From Epithemia pelagica (lineage: Eukaryota > Protista > Bacillariophyta), in the NCBI GenBank assembly GCA_946965045.2, contig OX337239.1:3241233-3305232 (forward strand): a stretch of DNA of 64,000 bases. The letters are read 5' to 3'. A model generated the notes under the pieces. The model had not been told where the DNA came from. It searched no databases and was given only the letters and a program-made list of their open reading frames with translations. Position numbers and translations under genes: made by a program. The first letter of the stretch is position 1, and every line of letters starts with the position of its first letter. Below, in pieces: positions 58,052 to 64,000 of the stretch.

Positions 58052-59272
58052 ATGACAACGCCACTGAACGAACAAGCATGGCAGTCGGGCCTTGTCCTGT
58101 TAGACGAGACACCTGAATGGAATACTGACGATTGTCCTCCTCTTGAGGGTGGATGGCGCATACATCATGCTTCGGTCGTACTCGATCATCTCGATACGGA
58201 AAACGATAGCAACAACAGGGGGCAGACGGTCGTCATGTTGGGAGGATATCAACAAGGCCAAGGTATCACGGATTCAGTTCTTGTATTGAATCTAGTAGAC
58301 TCTTACAAGCAGTGGCGAGAAGGGCCATCCATGAACAAGAAACGTTCTGGACATGCCGCAGTTGTGTGCAATGGCGGCGTCTACGTCATGGGTGGGAGCA
58401 ATGCAGGTTCAAGTTTTGATCATATCGAACAAATTGATTCCAATGATTTGCTGCATTCATCTACAACCAAAAGCAACACACATGAGAGTCATTGGACGAC
58501 ATTGACATGTCGTTTATCAGTGGAACGATTTGGATGTTGTGCTGTTGCGGTTCACAACCGATACATCGTTGTAATGGGTGGCTGTTCCAACGATCGCTAC
58601 TTGTCGTCGGTGGATATTATAGATACAAACAATTACACTGTCACTGCGGGGCCAAGCATGACTGTTCCACGACGAGGGTGTTCCAGTGCGGTCATTGGAC
58701 ACCGCATCTTTGTCGTTGGAGGCCGTAATGAACATGGCTATGTTGACTCGCTGGAGTATTTGGACTTCGAAAGGCCATGTGAAAGTGATGAGACAGAAAA
58801 GGAAACTGGCTCGACGTTCATTTCTTTCTCACCCACCTGGACCACCCATTCGGAATTGATGCTTTCAAATGGACGAAGTTCTTGTGCAGTGGTTACCGTG
58901 GGATCTTGTCTGGTGGTGGTGGGAGGACGAGGCAATTTACGTGTGGAAGTCTTCGATACACACCACAACCGCGTGTGGAATCTCCCACCATTCGGAAATC
59001 ACCGTGAGGACTGCAGTACGGTGACTGTTGCCAATAAGGTTGCCGTGATAAGTGGCTGGGGAAGTCCTACCTGTGCGACATTACCACTACTGGACAAGCA
59101 TACGTGGTGTTTTCAACGACTCTTTGACCAGCAGTTCAACATATGGTGTCTATTTCGGGAAGGAAGGAATATCCAACATGCTGATAACTCGCCTTTCCCC
59201 ACCTGGACATCAGATCGTAAACGAGCAAGGCCCCACACGCACCGTGGTGATGAAGGGAAGGATGGAACTTGA
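58052..59272 (+). CDS. Kelch-repeat protein, array copy 11
   Basis: ORF 57908..59272, ATG 58052. Six repeats; last ~85 aa nearly identical to copy 6. Confidence 0.92.
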   Translation: MTTPLNEQAWQSGLVLLDETPEWNTDDCPPLEGGWRIHHASVVLDHLDTENDSNNRGQTVVMLGGYQQGQGITDSVLVLNLVDSYKQWREGPSMNKKRSGHAAVVCNGGVYVMGGSNAGSSFDHIEQIDSNDLLHSSTTKSNTHESHWTTLTCRLSVERFGCCAVAVHNRYIVVMGGCSNDRYLSSVDIIDTNNYTVTAGPSMTVPRRGCSSAVIGHRIFVVGGRNEHGYVDSLEYLDFERPCESDETEKETGSTFISFSPTWTTHSELMLSNGRSSCAVVTVGSCLVVVGGRGNLRVEVFDTHHNRVWNLPPFGNHREDCSTVTVANKVAVISGWGSPTCATLPLLDKHTWCFQRLFDQQFNIWCLFREGRNIQHADNSPFPTWTSDRKRARPHTHRGDEGKDGT

Positions 59273-61061
59273 AATTTGCGACGTACTGCATGTATGTCCT
59301 AACATTAGCGGCACTATATAGCATTATCATTTTACTCTCAAACAGTAGTTGATTGTTTTCTTCATGGCATTGCGAACTATAGAGATATCATGTACACCGT
59401 TGTACTAGTAGAAAATGAAAGTTACACCATCCGGCATGAAACCGCAAACAGGAGTGGAGCCAGGCCTCGGGTAGATGTTCATGGTACCATGCCTCTCTGC
59501 TGTTGAATGGGTCGAGTTATCATGCTGTGGAAGATTATATGGCTACGTGCCCGAAACAACATGGCGCAGCGACTTATTTGGACGGTCATCTTCGTTCCGA
59601 CCATGCGTTTAATTGTGTGGGGTCCGGTCCTTCTATGGCTAATGCCTGCGTAAGAGGACAGTACCCCGTCTTTCGATGCTCGTGGCGGTTTTGGGTGACA
59701 GGACAATTGCGAATCCTTTGGAATATTTAGCACCGACGTGATCGATATTTCCTCCAATACAGCAACTATTCTTTATCATGAGGTCGGTAATTTGCTCGCA
59801 ATGGACCAGAACGACAACACGGATCGAGTCTCGTCGTTGCCACACCATAACCTTCCGAACTACGAACGCAGCCACAAATGAAGAAGTACCTCAATTGGAC
59901 GAAACTGCTGACGGCGCCATTGCCGTGGAACCGACTGTGTTCAATTCCATCTTGGAAGTCGGAGCATTGACGGCGGCGACGACAACGACAACGAATCAGG
60001 AAACCTCCACCACCGCTATTCCCTGTCGCACTATTGCTTGTTCGAATGCTAATGCCTGGAAACAAGCTGCTCCCCATCGCGATGTCTTGCCCCTCAATGA
60101 CAGTTCGCCAAACCTTGTTGCACGATTATAACACTGTCGAGCAGCAGTGTTGGACTTCGATCACTACCGCATTTTAGCCTCGTACCGAATTCAGCAGTAC
60201 CAACAACAAAACCACGACCACGAATGCCGCCGATCATGTCTTGGCTGTCGTCTAATAGAACTTTTGTTGTTCTTCTTCGTTGGATTCTGGTTGGTGTTGC
60301 GAATCTTCGTCTGGTCGATGTGGAAGGGCGATGGGACCCTTTCCCATAATCGATTCTTCACCTGTTGATTCTCCCGTGTCGGATGCATGACGTAACCGTG
60401 TCGATTCAAATGACGATTGCACCAATGACCCTTGTACATGAAATCCTCGACAATGCCCACATAGCTCCAAACATCGGATCGGGCCGAGTAAAAGGCCACA
60501 TAGACCACCAAGGCAATCTCAGTGGCACGGATTAGCCACCATTGGGTGTCATTTGGCAAGAATGACGAACCAATGAGAGTTGTCGCATCTTTTTGTGGAG
60601 ATTTGCCGTCCGTAGATTGGAGCGATTCGAACTTGAGGGTCCATGCAAACTCTCTTGCGCTCCTCGATCTATTATGTTGGCAACCGCCATTGTTTCCCAA
60701 TGTTGGGACTGATCCTGGGCCTCGTAATTCAATTGTCACGGATTGAAGGAGGCCACTTCATGGTTGTGGTCTTCAATCATCGCTTCTTGAAGAGACATGT
60801 TGGTGAAATGGATTGATAAGGTCAAGTCGTCGTCGTCCTCATCATCGCCGTCATCGTGGTCGATGTGACGGAGTAGTCCCCAGCGGGGGTGAGAAGTCGG
60901 GTCGCATATGTGTCGTGCTTTTGGTGTTCAAACTAGTCATTCACGAATTCTCATGACTACCTCCCGCTGGGAGATAAAGATATCGACCTCCTGTACCTAC
61001 AATCTTTTGTGCAGTAAAAGGTATTCGAACCGCTAGGATTGTTTTGCGGACCGGTCGACCG

Positions 61062-62663
61062 ATGCTCTCCTTGCGACAACAACGACAGCCACAACAATCA
61101 CCGCTCTCTTGTTTGTGTTGGTCATCGCGCCGTTCGGTCGACCGTGCTACCACCACCAGCTCAACCACAACGACGCCGGCCATTGGAGGAGCCGAATTTT
61201 TTGGCGATTAAAAGGAAAAGGAAGAATTTTACGATCCCCAAGCCGAAGCCACGGCGGTTGCCACAGCGCCAGAACCGTCCGATGATGGCGCATCATGGGA
61301 TCGATTTGCCGACCGGTCCGCCTTTGCCGACGACACGGTGGCCCGTGTGGCCCGACAATTGCAGCGTCACATCAACCAGGTCTTGTATGAGGATGCCGAA
61401 CTAGAACCTGTGACAGACAACAATGAGGTCGAGTTGCAGGGCTATGCCACCACGTTGGTGTGGAAGACACCCTTTGAGACCTTGTACCTGAACCAGAAAA
61501 ACACCAAAACAACCGGCACCCTGATGAATCCATTGGAGGCTTTGCAATGTGCCTTGAATGACTTTGAACGCGTCAATGTCGCCCTGACAGCGGGTCGACC
61601 CCTGCCAAACGACGACACGAACAACTAACGACGACTATCGATGGAACTGCACTGGGAAGTGTCCTTGGCCTGGTCCGAATTCGCCTGGGAACCTCGCGTC
61701 CTCTTGGTCGGATCGTCCCACTTGCAATTGGAACGACAAGCCGATTCGTCGTCATCATGGAGTATTGTGCAACAAGACGATTTCTTGTTTGGTGGACATG
61801 ACACCAACAAGAACAATAAGAACGATCAAGTGTCCCTATTGCGCAATCAGTACCTCGCCAGGCAACTGTTGCCGCGCTTTTGGGATTTGTATCACATTGG
61901 CATGACACAGTCGGCCGAAGTGCAATCCCACGTCGTGGTGCAAAAACGACGAGGCTATGAAATTTGGGACTGGCCGGGACGATGGTACGTGACACCCACC
62001 GTGGTCGATACCAGCATGGATCAGACCGTCCAGTTGGCTCAAGTCTTGCCGAGTCATGCCTTTGGGGTGTCGGCCTTGTCGACCGTGGGACCGACCCAAG
62101 AACGCTTTGTTCCCACCTCGCCGCTCGAACTCCAAATTCGCAGTAGCAGCAACAAGGCGACGAATGGGGGTGTTTTGTTGCAATGGCAGATTCCTCTTTC
62201 GGTCGAACTTCAATCGCAACTCGTGTGGCCTCCCGCCACCAGCAAGGACGTTGAGGACGAGGACTCACCGGACGAACCAGACACTACAGCCGAGGAGGAT
62301 GAGCCGTCGTCCTCGAGAACCACCACCACCATGGAACCCGAGTGTCGGTATACATGGGTGGGACCCCGACGAGTGGCGGTCGTTCCCTTTGGTGGCACGG
62401 GGCCCCAAGATGAAGGCATTCCGGCGGCGCGACAAGCCTTGTATCAAGCCGTGATCCAAGAGGGACAGTACCAACCCAAACTCACCACCGCCACATCGAC
62501 TGGAACGGGTCGTCCCCAATTCACCTTTTGGAACCAGGCCTTCAAGGGCTGCTTTACGGCAAATGGATTGGGCATGGCGGTCTATGAATGGCGACCCAAT
62601 GGGCTGCCCTGGTTGGCCCAAAACTACTTCGTCGGGTTGGAGCTCCAAGTGCCCGAACCATAG
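61062..62663 (+). pseudogene. SOUL heme-binding / DUF2358(SnoaL)-like gene with two in-frame TAA stops
   Basis: One frame runs from ATG 61062 to 62663, interrupted by TAA at 61209 and 61626. ELHWEVSLAWSEFAWEPRVLLVGSS resembles DUF2358; KRRGYEIWDW and RVAVVPFGG resemble SOUL; Ser/Thr-rich N-terminus. The family call is from memory of motifs only. Confidence 0.4.
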
Positions 62664-63142
62664 TAAAACCGTTTTTCCATACCATCCCGAAAGGGGATGG
62701 TTCGTAGGCGTTCTAGCTATAATAGGTTCACATCTTGTCCTGCCGTACTGACACATGTAGTAGTATTCGCATAAAAGAATCTACAGGCCTAGTACCATAT
62801 CGGTATAGACGGGACAATGGTGTGTGGTACTAATAGCTAGATACCATAGTTCTACGGTATAGTACTCTCGTAATAGCGAGGTGATTCGTCGTCGTCGTCC
62901 CATTGCCTCAGGACTCAGGACCCCAATCGCACAGAAATCGAACTGTCGTGTAGTTTGGTAGCTTGGGCAACATGGGACGACTGCGGGGGTTTTGTCCATG
63001 CCGCTTCCTTGTATTCGTTGTTTTGTCTTGGTTTTCTTTGGGCGCGGGCCAGTCGCTGTCGGTAAAAATTGGACAGACTGACAGACCCTGCGCGCACACA
63101 CACACACAACACACACACACGTTCGCTCTCGCTGCGTACAGA

Positions 63143-63547
63143 ATGGCTTTCCACACAACACAGAGGATGAACGGTCCAACGAAAAAGCCTCGCTTGGAAG
63201 CCAATTCGACGATGATGAGTGCAAGCGACATGGAGATGGACGAAGGAACCGAACAGTCGTTGCTAAGATTCGCGAACGAGAATGATTTGGACGTCAGTAT
63301 TGTCCCGAAGTTGAAAGAAGCCAAGTCAGCCATACATTCCCGGAAAATCGATGAAAAAAATCGTGCCGGTATTCTCGTAGGATGTTTACTTTCGACTCAT
63401 GGAAATTTTACGGAGGATCATGCAAAAGAGGCCTTGAAAATCTTATTCCCGGAACCTGAAGAGCCCAAATCCAATCATCGAGGTCCCAGCATTGTGGATG
63501 GTTTGCACACAACGCTTGCGCACACCTTCGACTTGGGTTCGGGTTAG
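63143..63547 (+). CDS. Unknown protein, probably truncated by telomere addition
   Basis: ORF MAFHTTQRMNGPTKKPRLE...HTFDLGSG; its stop TAG (63545-63547) lies in the first telomeric repeat. An (AC)n tract lies just upstream (63092-63120). Confidence 0.6.
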   Translation: MAFHTTQRMNGPTKKPRLEANSTMMSASDMEMDEGTEQSLLRFANENDLDVSIVPKLKEAKSAIHSRKIDEKNRAGILVGCLLSTHGNFTEDHAKEALKILFPEPEEPKSNHRGPSIVDGLHTTLAHTFDLGSG

Positions 63548-64000
63548 GGTTAGGGTTAGGGTTAGGGTTAGGGTTAGGGTTAGGGTTAGGGTTAGGGTTA
63601 GGGTTAGGGTTAGGGTTAGGGTTAGGGTTAGGGTTAGGGTTAGGGTTAGGGTTAGGGTTAGGGTTAGGGTTAGGGTTAGGGTTAGGGTTAGGGTTAGGGT
63701 TAGGGTTAGGGTTAGGGTTAGGGTTAGGGTTAGGGTTAGGGTTAGGGTTAGGGTTAGGGTTAGGGTTAGGGTTAGGGTTAGGGTTAGGGTTAGGGTTAGG
63801 GTTAGGGTTAGGGTTAGGGTTAGGGTTAGGGTTAGGGTTAGGGTTAGGGTTAGGGTTAGGGTTAGGGTTAGGGTTAGGGTTAGGGTTAGGGTTAGGGTTA
63901 GGGTTAGGGTTAGGGTTAGGGTTAGGGTTAGGGTTAGGGTTAGGGTTAGGGTTAGGGTTAGGGTTAGGGTTAGGGTTAGGGTTAGGGTTAGGGTTAGGGT
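63541..64000 (+). repeat. Telomeric (TTAGGG)n array
   Basis: Pure GGGTTA repeats for 460 bp (~76 units) to the window end, G-rich strand running 5'->3' toward the end. Confidence 0.99.

Noticed and set aside
761-59272. Diversity-generating retroelement (variable Kelch genes next to reverse transcriptases)
   Set aside because: Both RTs belong to ordinary Copia and LINE elements. There is no template/variable repeat pair, and the variable codons differ at all four bases rather than only at adenines.
61062-62663. Stop-codon reassignment explaining the in-frame TAA/TAG/TGA codons
   Set aside because: All three stop codons terminate intact genes in this window (TGA for copy 1, TAG for copy 2, TAA for the Copia extra ORF).
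62963-63142. First 60 aa of ORF 62963..63547
   Set aside because: It runs through an (AC)n tract and promoter-like sequence; ATG 63143 is the more plausible start.
63143-63547. Assigning the telomere-truncated ORF to Crinkler/RHS-type families
   Set aside because: The context is suggestive, but no diagnostic motif could be recognised without a profile search.

Overview
Eukaryotic chromosome end, most likely from a diatom, judged from the joint presence of a diatom-type Copia, an Ambal-like LINE and a Harbinger (inference). The window ends in a (TTAGGG)n telomere from 63541. Most of it is a subtelomeric array of 11 co-oriented, intronless, stand-alone six-bladed Kelch-propeller genes: 9 have open frames and 2 are frameshifted. 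The copies keep a conserved scaffold, have hypervariable loop residues, and share near-identical tracts with changing partners. They are separated by shuffled spacer modules holding decayed antisense ORF remnants. Three large mobile elements sit in spacers, all with boundaries and target duplications readable from the sequence: an apparently intact PIF/Harbinger (12127-15278), a Ty1/Copia LTR element (21246-27306) and an Ambal-like LINE (~33128-41945). The Copia has an extra upstream ORF, a deleted RT core and a 14-nt PBS complementary to its own LTR, which suggests Tf1-style self-priming. A 212-nt rod-like inverted repeat with a GNRA tetraloop and repeated symmetric GA-rich internal loops (7419-7630) is unexplained. 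Next to the telomere are a stop-interrupted SOUL/DUF2358-like gene and an ORF whose stop codon is supplied by the telomere repeat. No database searches or folding computations were run; family names come from motif recognition.
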